Source: Craspedostauros australis
Lineage: Eukaryota
Assembly (NCBI GenBank): GCA_030167865.1
Contig: JALAGF010004359.1
Location: 51,404-71,403, forward strand
Reading direction: 5' to 3'
DNA length: 20,000 nucleotides
Part shown: one piece after another, positions 1-10,200 of the stretch
Numbering within the stretch: position 1 is the stretch's first letter
Layout: each line of letters begins with the position of its first letter
Made by a program: the position numbers and the translations under genes
Notes under the pieces: model-generated
Told to the model about the DNA's origin: nothing
The model's database searches: none
Seen by the model: only the letters and a program-made list of their open reading frames with translations

Positions 1-3000
1 AAGATCGCTAGGAAGGTCATCTTGCTGATGGTACGTCGATGCGTCATCCTTGGCAGAGTGCATAGATCTGCGTTGGATTTCTCCTTGACCATGGCCTCCA
101 CCGCCATCATCTCCTGCCCGGCTGCCATGGGTAAATCGGCCGGGATCGGCTCGTCCAGACCATTCAGCACATCCACCGTCTTCGCGAGCGCGCCATTGAG
201 GATGTTCCGCTCTATAAGATCGAAGATGAGGACCTGAGACGCACCCAACTTGTCTCGTTCGTTGGTGCTGTGTGCCAGAATCGTTTCTGCCACCTGGATG
301 GTCTCGGATGGTGCCATGCGCGTGCAGAACATGAGCCGGGCCTTCGCCAGCATGAGGCGCATTGCCAAGTCGTAGTGCTCGGTCCACATGCTGTCCGTGT
401 TGAGCAAGTCCAGCCCAGCATCGACCTTGAAGAGGGCTTCTAGAAAGGCACCCTTGCTCATGGCGAGGTCAGACAGGTCGAGGTTGAGCTTCGCGACCTG
501 CGCATTGTCTTTCTCGCTGTCGCCCAGAGACACGGCCTGGTTGAGCTGATCCATGGCCAGGAGCTTGAACATCTCCTGCGTGTCGAGCTTCGTGCCAGAG
601 CTGGCCAGTCCCATCTTACTCAAGACGGAACCAAGGCGGAAGTGCAGCAGCTTCATGTTTCGCGCTGACAGCGGGAAGAGTGCGTTCGCGCACTTGCGGA
701 TGACATCATGCGAGAAAGCAAAATCTGTGTCTGACAAGCGCTTCACGAAATGATGGCGCTCGCAGATCTGCAGGATGCTCTTCAGGTCGTCTTCCGAAAG
801 CGTGACGGCCGCATCTCCCTTCTTCCGTGTGATATCGAACATGGGTTTGGTGAAGTGTACGAGGGTGCCGAGATCGAATTGCGACAAGCCCAACATCGCG
901 GCGCATTTCAATACCAGGGCACACTTCTTGGGAATCCCCCTCAGCCGATTCTCGACGACCTTCGTGGTTGTGGTCGGCAAGGTACTTCCGTCGTCGATGA
1001 CGTCCATGTCGCATGAGAGCTCTTTGTTGGATAGATTCCATGTCACCACGTCGCCTCTCTGGACCAGGTACTCGACTGTCTGCACCAAGAGAAGCGGGTT
1101 GCCGGAGGTCTTTTGGGACAAGCTGGATGCCAGAGCATTCAATTGTGGGTTGTGATCAGGAATTGCATCCGAATCCAGCTGCAAGGCGTTCTTTAACCGC
1201 AAGGCGACGAGATTTCGTGCTGTTTCCTCCTCGATGTTTTTCAGCATGATCTTCATGGATGGGACGCCACGCAGCCGGTTCCTGAAGACGGCCAACGAAT
1301 GCGTGTTCTTCACAGCTCGATGGCAGCAGACGAGCATGCAGTTCTTCAGTGCCTTGGTAGATAAGAACGTCTCGATCATCCTCAAAGAGTCGTCTCCGGC
1401 GAAGTGGATATCATCCAGCACCATGACGACAGGCGCATGGGAGCAGACGGTGACGAGGAAGGCGCGGACGGCGAATCGCAGTCTGTCGTACCTGCGCTGC
1501 GTCGTGATATCGAAGCCGTGGATGACCCGTTCCACCTTGGTGTCCGTGCCAAGCAGCGTAGCGAGATTGGGAACGACTCGCGCCAGCAGGGAGGCGCTTT
1601 TGCCCAGGCTGCGTTGCAGGCGCGACTTCCACTCGTCGACCTCGAAATCTGCCAGCAGGCATTCCACCAGCATCGTCAAGCAGTTGACGAGTCCCGAAAA
1701 GGCCTTGCTGTTGCCTCTGGCCTCGTCGAACGAGCCGTAGCAGAAGAGAACATCCTGCTCCACGTGTTTGTAGAGTTCCTCGACGAGGACCGTTTTGCCG
1801 ACGCCTGCGGGTCCGGAGATGTAGACGACCTCGCTGGCGGAAGGGGCTGGTGCAGAGACGCGATTAAGCGATTGCCGCAGCTGACTGAGCTCCTTGGAGC
1901 GTCCCGTGAAGAGCGACGTGTTCTTTTCTGGCTGCTGGTCGTCCATGTCGAAGTCCATCATGGTGGAGGCATTGAAGTCATCCACGGCTGGTTCTGTTGC
2001 GATGATATTTTGTGCGATGACAGGCTCGCCCGACACTTCGGCGCTGCGTGTTGGAGCTGCAACACCATCCTGGGATTTCTCGGCAGATTGAGTTGGATCT
2101 GCTGCTTGCTTCTTTCCAGACTTGGGCCGCCTTCGCTTTCGTTTGTGGAAGATTGGTTTGGACTCCTTCTTGGACTTATCTTTGGTCTTGTCCTTGCTCT
2201 TCTCCTTGTCCTTGCCCTTGTCTTTGTCTTTGGTCTTGTCCTTCTCCTTCCCTTTCTTGCCGCTGGACGACTTGTCCTTCTTGGACTTGCTCTTACTCTT
2301 GCTTTTGCTCTTGCTGATGCTGCTGTCTTTCTTCTTTGCCTTCTTGGAAGATTTGTCCTTCTTGGATTTGGACGAGGTCTTTGACTTGGAGGACGACTTG
2401 GTTTTGCCGCTCTTGTGCTTGCTCTTGCTGGACTTTTTCGACTTGGACTTCTTTGGTGTGTCGACGGTGGCTGTGGCAGTGGTGTTCGTGGCCGTTGATG
2501 CAGCAGTGGTTGGCTGCGAGGACTCGTCCAATTTGGTGGTGGATTTCTTCACTGTGGCCTCCAGTTGCTGTGGCTCATCGTCGCCCGATGAATCTTGATC
2601 GACCGATGCCTCCGCAGCTGCCATCTTCGCTTGTTTCCCGGTGCCATCGTTCTCATCGTCGGCATCATCGTCTTCATCTTCATCCTCCTCGTCGCTGTCA
2701 TCGTCTTCATCATCATCCTCGTCGTCGTCGTCTTCATCTTCATCCTCGTCGTCGTCGTCATCCTCCTCCTCTTCAGCATCGGCTTGGCCGTGATCGTCGG
2801 GTGTTTGCTTTGCGGTGATGAAGGTTTGCGTCTCTTCTTCCGCCATTGCCTCATCTTCGACGACTTCCTCCTCATCCATGAGTTCCTCATAGGTTTCAAA
2901 GAATCCCTCGACCTCCTCCACCTCCATGAACTCATCGCCGGCATCGTCGAACGTCCAATCCGCGGATTGGTGCATCTGGTTCCATTTAGATTGGTCGACG

Positions 3001-3644
3001 TCTTGCGATATCTCGATGACCTCCTCCTCGTCGTAGTCATTTTCATTTTGGCCATCGGCGTTTTTTTCATCGGCGTACATGACCTCTTCGATGATGTAGG
3101 CATCATCAGCATCTGCTTCGTCTTGACCGTCGCCGTAATCTTCAGGCTCCAACGAACTGATGTCATCCATCGTCGTGAAATCCGTCAAGTTGAGAAAAAA
3201 CGCACCTGCTGCATTTGCGCCATCGTTGTCGTCGTCGTCATCATCGTCATCCTCCTCTTCATCGTCGTCGTCGTCTTCATCATTGGTGCCTTCAGTGGTG
3301 CCTTCTCCGCTTCCTTCTACGCCACTCTTTTTGGCCTCCTTGGAACCGTCCGGTATGCTGCTGTTGCAATCCTCCGAGGTCGAGGAGGAGCTTGAAGAGC
3401 CCGCTGATGAGGATTCAACCTCGTACTCGTCGTCGTCGTCGTCATCGTTCTCTTCGTCGATGGAGTAGTAGGACTCTTCTTCCGATACCATGGCGGCTTC
3501 GTCCGATGGCGTTGTTCCGTAACCAGCATCTTCCTCGTCCTCCACTTCCTCGACTTCGATCGAGTACTCCTCGCTTTCCTCCACGATCTCCATCACCATG
3601 TCTTCTTCGTCGCTGCCGCTGGCCACACCAGGCGTTGCTGCCAT
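1..3644 (-). CDS. Large STAND-class P-loop NTPase (AAA_16-like) with ~580-aa low-complexity N-terminus; 3' end runs off the window (partial, >=1214 codons)
   Basis: Translated by hand; it is probably missing from the ORF track because no stop codon falls in the window. ATG at 3644-3642 with an in-frame TGA upstream at 3701-3699. Reads MAATPGVASGSDEEDMVMEIVEE..., then LFTGRSKELSQL, Walker A VVYISGPAGVGKT (GPAGVGKT 1814-1791), Walker B PVVMVLDDIHFA (1433-1398), KTSGNPLLL (GNP 1103-1095), FAFSHDVIR (~722-696), and a helical region (AKLNLDLS, MWTEHYDLAMRL). Confidence 0.88.
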   Translation of the reverse strand, partial: MAATPGVASGSDEEDMVMEIVEESEEYSIEVEEVEDEEDAGYGTTPSDEAAMVSEEESYYSIDEENDDDDDDEYEVESSSAGSSSSSSTSEDCNSSIPDGSKEAKKSGVEGSGEGTTEGTNDEDDDDDEEEDDDDDDDDNDGANAAGAFFLNLTDFTTMDDISSLEPEDYGDGQDEADADDAYIIEEVMYADEKNADGQNENDYDEEEVIEISQDVDQSKWNQMHQSADWTFDDAGDEFMEVEEVEGFFETYEELMDEEEVVEDEAMAEEETQTFITAKQTPDDHGQADAEEEEDDDDDEDEDEDDDDEDDDEDDDSDEEDEDEDDDADDENDGTGKQAKMAAAEASVDQDSSGDDEPQQLEATVKKSTTKLDESSQPTTAASTATNTTATATVDTPKKSKSKKSSKSKHKSGKTKSSSKSKTSSKSKKDKSSKKAKKKDSSISKSKSKSKSKSKKDKSSSGKKGKEKDKTKDKDKGKDKEKSKDKTKDKSKKESKPIFHKRKRRRPKSGKKQAADPTQSAEKSQDGVAAPTRSAEVSGEPVIAQNIIATEPAVDDFNASTMMDFDMDDQQPEKNTSLFTGRSKELSQLRQSLNRVSAPAPSASEVVYISGPAGVGKTVLVEELYKHVEQDVLFCYGSFDEARGNSKAFSGLVNCLTMLVECLLADFEVDEWKSRLQRSLGKSASLLARVVPNLATLLGTDTKVERVIHGFDITTQRRYDRLRFAVRAFLVTVCSHAPVVMVLDDIHFAGDDSLRMIETFLSTKALKNCMLVCCHRAVKNTHSLAVFRNRLRGVPSMKIMLKNIEEETARNLVALRLKNALQLDSDAIPDHNPQLNALASSLSQKTSGNPLLLVQTVEYLVQRGDVVTWNLSNKELSCDMDVIDDGSTLPTTTTKVVENRLRGIPKKCALVLKCAAMLGLSQFDLGTLVHFTKPMFDITRKKGDAAVTLSEDDLKSILQICERHHFVKRLSDTDFAFSHDVIRKCANALFPLSARNMKLLHFRLGSVLSKMGLASSGTKLDTQEMFKLLAMDQLNQAVSLGDSEKDNAQVAKLNLDLSDLAMSKGAFLEALFKVDAGLDLLNTDSMWTEHYDLAMRLMLAKARLMFCTRMAPSETIQVAETILAHSTNERDKLGASQVLIFDLIERNILNGALAKTVDVLNGLDEPIPADLPMAAGQEMMAVEAMVKEKSNADLCTLPRMTHRRTISKMTFLAI
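2109..2453 (-). repeat. Lys/Ser- and Lys/Asp-rich coding low-complexity region ending in an NLS-like basic cluster
   Basis: CTTG-rich hexamer-like repeats on the + strand translate to KKSKSKKSSKSKHKSGKTKSSSKSK...KEKDKTKDKDKGKDKEKSKDKTKDK...HKRKRRRPK (last motif 2147-2121). Confidence 0.85.
2640..3620 (-). repeat. Asp/Glu-rich coding low-complexity region (GAC/GAT/GAA/GAG runs; TCG/TCA/TCT runs on + strand)
   Basis: Long TCGTCG/TCATCG/TCTTCA runs at ~2650-2775, ~3222-3282 and ~3425-3460 translate on the minus strand to poly-D/E, e.g. EEEEDDDDDEDEDEDDDDEDDDEDDDSDEEDEDEDDDADDE. Confidence 0.9.
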
Positions 3645-3974
3645 GATGCCGGTCGCGGTTGGTTGGGCGGCCGCAGCAGCGGAAGATGGGGATGGCACTC
3701 AGCGGCGCGTGGCGCTGGTCAGCTTGTATTCGCGCTCGTGCGATTGCGTATTGCGCGACGGCGGAGTCCGATGTGTCGCTGCTGAGCGAGAATACCAGCG
3801 TGTGTCTCAGTCGGCTCGGAGAGAGTATGACCAGGATCGTGTGCAACTGCTCGCAACTCCACTATGGATGAGTACTCGTACTCGTATGTATGGTGTGCAC
3901 AGTCCAGTGTCGCGATCTCTCCAAAGTATTATAGAAAGGGACGCAACGTGACACGAGGTAGCGTCGCTCCGGAT

Positions 3975-4010
3975 TGCTGCCGTTGCTGTTGCTGCTGCTG
4001 CTGCTGCTGT
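3975..4010. repeat. Imperfect (GCT/GTT)n trinucleotide microsatellite in divergent intergenic region
   Basis: ttgctgccgttgctgttgctgctgctgctgctgctgt seen directly. Confidence 0.8.
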
Positions 4011-5098
4011 TATTCTTTGTCACCTTTGCACGACCATGTGCAGCCTCTCTGTCGGTGCCGTTCTCCTCTCTCTGCCAGTCTGCCTCTGGATCCCCCTGGC
4101 TCGAGAGAGCGGTATCCACGAAGTCTTCGAAGCGGAGACCAGTGCGAGATGGCGCGTCTGGCGGTTGTGGTCTTCACGACTGTCATTTTGCGGTTTTTCA
4201 AGGCGATGAATGTCTCCCAAGATTCTATTGCATTTGGTCAAGCGAGTCGAGCCGGTCATCGCGACATAAATCTTCTGCAAATGGCATTCGCACCACACCT
4301 CTTCGCGCTTTTCGGCATGTTTTTGGTTTCGGGACAACGCAGGTCAAACGGAAGGTATCCTTCCTATCTCAGTCTTGGAGGGACTAAATCGATAGCCTCG
4401 ACCACTTCATGATTGAACCCAAACCGAACCATCATGTGTCGGAGGCATGTCGTTGATGCATCCACACCAATCAAAATCAGGTGTTGATGGTATCTGGGCG
4501 ATTCATCGGTGGCCATCCCATCTCTTGGCAACCCTTCATCAAAAAGTGAGAAGGCAAGTTTTGCGCAGTTGTGCTTCCAACACGACAGCGACAGAGAAAT
4601 GATGTGCGAACCGGTTTGTGCTCATAAAAAAGAGCAGAGAGACAGTCTCCACTTCTGGAACGATCGTGGAAAACGTCAGAGCAGTTGGTGCAACTGTCGG
4701 AAGTGGAGTGGATGCAACTCCAGCGGAGAACCCAACCTCCGACCACCCCCATCACATCATCTCTCTTGTATTATACGAGTGCGTATCTCGTCTCCTCTCC
4801 CCACCATCACCTCACAACCAGAGTCATCCACGCTTGCTGAAATTGCACCAAGGCTGACACCCAGCTTTCGCATCTTTTCAGAATCGCCTTCACTCGCATC
4901 GCATTGGTGCATCTCGTTGGTGCACCCGTTCGCATTCCTCTTGTGCACAGCGCTGATACAGCTCTCGGACGAGAGACTGGCAGAGAGGCAAGCTGAGAGA
5001 AAGAGAGAGACACTCCACAAGCACACCGCAACCGCATCATCTCATACCATACGCTAAACACCAAACGCCAAGCAAGCTGAGGCAGCAAGTCCATCAAC

Positions 5099-8000
5099 AT
5101 GGTTGCGTACGGCATAACGTTGCGCAACGTCCAACGGCCAGGTTGGGAACAGGCGTACCTGAACTATGGCGGGCTCAAGGCCATCCTGGAGGACATGGAG
5201 AGGCTGCATCACAACGCCAAGCGCCCATCGCTTCTCGTGTATCCCTCCAACAAGCATGCTGCTGTGCGCCAATGCATGCACCGATTCCAGCAGTTGCTGC
5301 AACGAGAGATTGAGAAGATCTCTCTCTTCGTGCTGCAGGAGGAGGGCAAGCTGGCCACGGCGATTGGCACAATGCTGCGCATCAAACGGGACGGTGAGAT
5401 GACGTCAACAAACATCTCTACCTCCACCTCCACCTCTATCCTTCCAGATCGGTCCCAACCACCAACGGAAGGCTCGTTGTCGCAGACTCCGCTGTTGCCA
5501 TCATCGCCGTCGCCTTCACAGCCACCAACGCCGCAGGCGACTGCGAATGCGAATTTGTCCTCGAATCCGTCCTCGAATCCGTCAGAAGTCTTCACGAACG
5601 GACTCTCCATCATCAAAGATTTGGGGATCGCATCGCTTCCGGTCGGTGATGCCATCGCCGAAGCAGACTGGAATGACGTTGGCTGCGCGCTGGGGGTGGA
5701 ATTGATGCACCTGCTGCAATTCATCTGCCTCAATGCCATCGGAGTGCGCAAGATTGTCAAGAAGCACGAAAAGATGATCGTCCGCGTCATGCTGTGGTCC
5801 GACGCCTTGTCGGTTGGGCACGATAGCTCGAGACGCCTGCAACTGCCGCGGCCCCGGTCGTTGCCCGCCGCCCTCGAAAGTGCGTCATCGGACGTGGAAG
5901 CGTCCGTGGGTTTCAGCGAAGTCGATTTGCTCAGCGAACGGAGTGAAACCATCACGATGACTCAAACAAGTGCAGTGGCCGCCGAGAGGGGGCAGATATT
6001 CAATCATGCCAACGCGATCAATGCTGTCCATTTGCAGCATCTGGCCAATTCCGAATCCATCTCGGCGCTGTATACGTCGTTGCACACCGCGCTGCTAGAG
6101 GAGCAACAGAGGGTGCACAGTCGCAGGCTCGAGGCATCGCACACGGACGATCAATACTCCGAGATGACTCCGTCGAGGTCGCAGCGGCTTCTGCATTCCG
6201 CATCGTCGTCGCTGCACCCGACACACAAGACATCCCTCCTGCGATTTCACTACGTCATGACCTCCATTCAGAAGATACGCAAGCATGCGGATCACATCGT
6301 CAACGACGAGCCCTTCCGCACCTACCTCTCACGCAAGGCCATGATTTTGACGGGGAAGAATTTGGGGAAGATCGAGGGCAACGCGCTGAAGGCATTGGAG
6401 AGCATGCTGGTGCTGGAGCCTTCGTCGATCATCAGCATCACCCGTGCCGAGCTTCAGGATTGGCACCAAACGCAAACCTACTTCAACATCGCTCAAGAAG
6501 CACCCATGGAGTGCTTAACGAAGGAGATGTTCTTGGAAACGGCCAAGGTGGTGTCCAGAGAACCAAGCGTGTCGCCACCCGAAGGTAACTTGGTGTGGGG
6601 TGGCGTGGATTCCATGTCACTCGTCATCAACCTCCTCTCAACCTTGCTTTACACCGTGAACTACTACGTCGTGGCTCCGACTGCCAACCACTACGCGATC
6701 TTGCTGGGCACGGATGGTGCCTTCGGCGCAACGCTGCTCGGGGCGTCCTCCTTCGCTGCCATCTTCGCGGCATTCCTCTACTCCTACTGGTACACGGTGT
6801 CTTCATTCCGATCGGTGCTGATCTTCTCGGCGCTGTGTCCCCTCGTCGGGAACCTGCTGTACTCCTTGGCCATTTCATACCACAGCATGCCGATGGCGTT
6901 GGTGGGACGTGTCTTGTGCGGCTTCGGCAGTGCCGAGGTCGCCAACAGGCAGCTGATATCGGTCTGCGTTTCCTTCAGCACCATGACCCGTGCCAGCGCT
7001 CTGTTCGTGGCGGCCGGCGCCCTCGGCATGAGCGTGGGACCGCTGCTGGCGGCGATCCTGGACATGACATCGGGACGGGATCTCCAGGTCGATTTCCAAC
7101 TCCCGTTCTCACCGGCGGGTGGAATCATTTACGATCACGTGACAAGCCCTGGTTTCCTGATGTCTGTGATTTGGTTCGTCCAGTTGATGCTGCTCATCGT
7201 TTGCTTCCGCGAACCAGAACGCATCAACGGGAAAGGAGCGCCCGAGTTGTCCGCGGAACTCACGGAGACGGAGGGATGCGCCTCGTTTGGCGTGATCAAC
7301 TATGACGAAGACGCATTCGGTATCCAGCCCGAATCGAGGCCTAACGGCGAAGGCGACGATGAAGAAAAGCACTACTACTATGAGGACGATGTCGACGACA
7401 ACGTCGTCCAAGGGGGTGGGAATGGAGATGATAACAGGAAGGCTGACGGCGGCCCTTTTGGCCAGATTAATGAGAGCAGCCAGACAGACTTCTTCCGGCA
7501 TTTGCACTCGACGACCAACCGCACAGATTATGGTGCACTAGGCTTGGCGCACGAAAATAGCGCTGATGAGTTGATTTCGTTTCAGAACGCAACACCACCA
7601 TCAGAGACAACGTCATTCGGGTGGTTGGGCCAAACTACGGCGAAGAAAAACCGTGAGAAGCCGAAGCAGGGGAAAATGAGGACCGCCTTCGAATCCGTCA
7701 AGTTTGCTTGTCAGATGCTGCGAGAAAATCCGGCACTTCCGCTGACTCTGCTTCTATTCGGGTACATTGAGATGGTGGATGAAGTGCTGATATCCTCGTG
7801 CTCCATGATCTGTCTACGGTACTTTGGTTGGCCAGGTTCCGTGGCAGGGTTGCTCATTGCGAGCTTGGGATCGCTGGTCCTTCCAGCCGACTTCTTGGTG
7901 CAAAAGGCGACATCGCCGCACCATGGATCCGTCAGATACTCCGAACGAAGGATCATGAAGGTAAGAAACAACCATGGAAGGCAGCATCGACGTGCACAAC

Positions 8001-8686
8001 GCGTTGGGCGCCGGCTATCTTGCTCCTCGCTTACGATTTGCGATATATGATTTGCCCCTCACCCAATCTTCTCTTTGCATCCCAACCATAATATCATATC
8101 ACACGATGGTCCCGCATCTCTTGGTATGCATGGCATGGCATGTCGGTGGCTGTGGCGTCACTACCTGCGTTCAATTCGATTCGATGTCCACTCGCTACAG
8201 TACTCCGTGCTGTTCCTGATTTGTAGCTTGATATTCATCCTGAACAAGTCGGCCATATGGTATGACGCTGTCGGTATCATTGAGAACATCGATGATGAAT
8301 CGGATAACCCGGAAAGGCTGTCGATCGCCCACAGCAAGGTCGAGGTCCTGCTGAACGATCAGCAGGAATTCCCGTACAGCAGCCTCCTGTACATTCCTGC
8401 CATGTCCATGGTCTTCCTGGGTACGATCGTTTTGGAGAGCGTGGATACTTCGTTGATGTCCAAGGTCACGCCAAATCGGTTGAACGTCACCTTTCTGAAC
8501 TGCGGTCTGATGGCCACCTTAGTGGGAACAGTGGGACGCGTTGTGGCAGACTCCATGATCACGATCTCGGCGTTTCTGGATGCTCACATCTTTGTGGACT
8601 TCGTCAATGTCACCTTCCTTCCGTTGTTGCTGCTGACGGTGATCGCCTACTACTATGTCAGGAAATACTACGACCATCTTGAGTGA
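5099..8686 (+). CDS. SPX domain-containing MFS transporter (PHT5/VPT1/SPX-MFS family, putative vacuolar phosphate transporter); exons 5099..7960 and 8201..8686, 1115 aa
   Basis: SPX motifs MVAYG...GWEQAYLNYGGLK, LLQREIEKISLFVLQEEG and FICLNAIGVRKIVKKHEK. MFS helices SLVINLLSTLLYTVNYYVVAPTA, GNLLYSLA, GRVLCGFGSAEVANRQLI, AGALGMSVGPLLAAIL and LESVDTSLMSKV. Donor AAG|GTAAGA at 7961 and acceptor CTACAG| at 8200 join ORF 5099..8050 in frame to ORF 8075..8686 (ERRIMK|YSVLFL). Confidence 0.92.
7961..8200 (+). other. Spliceosomal GT-AG intron (240 nt, phase 0) of the SPX-MFS gene
   Basis: GTAAGA donor, CTACAG acceptor and an in-frame TGA at 8048-8050 inside; removal restores the C-terminal MFS helices. 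Confidence 0.82.
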
Positions 8687-10200
8687 TGACGAGCCCCCAG
8701 CATCGGGCGGGCATGGCCCATCATGGGTGGTATATGTAGTTCGCTTGGTGCATGTACAACACATGTACATCATATCGTGTCATGTTCTATCTGATTGCTA
8801 CCACGAATCGTCAAGGGGGATAAGTATTGGCAATACATATAATACAATACATACCATATGTACATCATGTCACACTGTGCCAACACCCAACGGGCATACG
8901 TACGAGTGTCCCGTTCCGGGAAAGTGTGCCATTGCTCGTGCAATACTCTGCGACAGAGGATCTCTGTAGATGTTGCATCATCGGCACGCTCCCTGTTTGC
9001 CCCACATGGCGTGGTAAATGCTCCTCCATTGGACGAGAGCAGGGTACGGAGAGAGCGCACTCTCGGGAGGCGAATCAGACGAATGCAAGCCTTTGTGGCA
9101 GTATAGTGTTGCTTTGTATTATGAGTATAGTAGGTCGTATGGTGGCATCGGAAAGTCCATCTGCGTGCTCGCACAGTTGCTGCCGCTGACTTTGTTGACC
9201 AGCACATCGGTTCAGTTTGTGAGGAGGGAATGCGTCCCAAGGAGACAAGGAGATAACGGAGCCGTAGCAAGATGGTCACCGAAGCCGAGGTCCGAGCGTC
9301 TCGTCTCTCATTCGCTGGTGCCGTTTGACATTGCAGTCGGAAATCACAAAGAGACCGCACGGAAAGCACAAAGAGAACCAAAGTCAAGAAGTCGCTCGGG
9401 GCATCCCCAAAGCTCACTTTCTCCGCAGCCGCGCAGCGGTGTTAATGGAGTTGGGCCCTCGAAAAGTCTGACTGTGTTGGAGGCTTGTTTGTGCTGTCTC
9501 CGAACGACGATGAAGCAACCAGTATGTGTGTATGTGATGGCGTGGCGGTTCTTGCGGTTGTGCTTGTGCGATGAGGCTGTCGGCGTGGAGAGGTGGGCAG
9601 GTAGCTGCGGACTTGTGCTCACCGCAGAAGGAGGAATAGGGTCTAGGAGCATTGATGTGTACTCATACGACGACTAGTTCGAGCGTGATGGTTGTCTTCG
9701 TACTTGTACTGCGAGTAGTGTGGCCTGCTACATGTGTAATACTATCCTTACATGTACTGTGATGTATTCTATTGTACTATATTGCATTCTATTGTTATTG
9801 TACTCTATGGTGATGTGCAGTTGTTCCTCTATTGGTCTCGTCTTGTCTTGTGTGGTTGATGTTGCGTACAGGTGCTCGTCTATCATGGTGAGCATCCGCG
9901 CCAGTGGTGTTCTCGTTTCCCTCCCTCCCTCTCTCTCTCTCTACTCGTAGATGTGGTATTCTATTCCCTATCTGTCCTCCCCATGCGCTGCGGATGATGT
10001 TGCCCTTCTGGCTTGGTCCCCGCAAGTCTCCCGCTCGTATTTGTCTATTGATCTTGTTTGCTGTTGGTTGCTGTTTCTGTTGCTGTGGTTGTCGTTGCAT
10101 TGGTATGGAATGTACACGAAAGTGTGTAGTGCACACTTGTCACTGTCACTGAAGCTATCACTGTGGCTATCGCTGTCGGTGACTGGCTTCGACGCTGCGT

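Noticed and set aside
2109..2453. Silaffin/cingulin-like call for the KSSK/KSGK-rich tract
   Set aside because: No signal peptide, and the tract is fused to an intracellular-type NTPase next to an NLS-like motif.
1404..3395. Hydrophobic plus-strand ORFs (1404..2384, 2122..2598, 2595..3395) that look like membrane proteins
   Set aside because: Poly-V/I/L/F runs are the reverse-complement reading of the D/E and K codons in the real minus-strand gene.
4219..4226. AGATTC (GAATCT on the minus strand), resembling the core of the diatom PSR phosphate-starvation motif, upstream of SPX-MFS
   Set aside because: A single 6-mer about 880 nt upstream with a non-matching 5' flank; expected by chance.
7961..8050. 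983-aa SPX-MFS ORF ending at 8050 and a separate 203-aa ORF at 8075
   Set aside because: Better explained as one gene with a 240-nt GT-AG intron; the read-through tail VRNNHGRQ... is not MFS-like.
9149..9615. GGAAAGTCC (~9150) and GAAAAGTCTG (~9461), resembling RNase MRP/P CR-I motifs
   Set aside because: No convincing CR-V partner at the expected distance; an Infernal search would be required.
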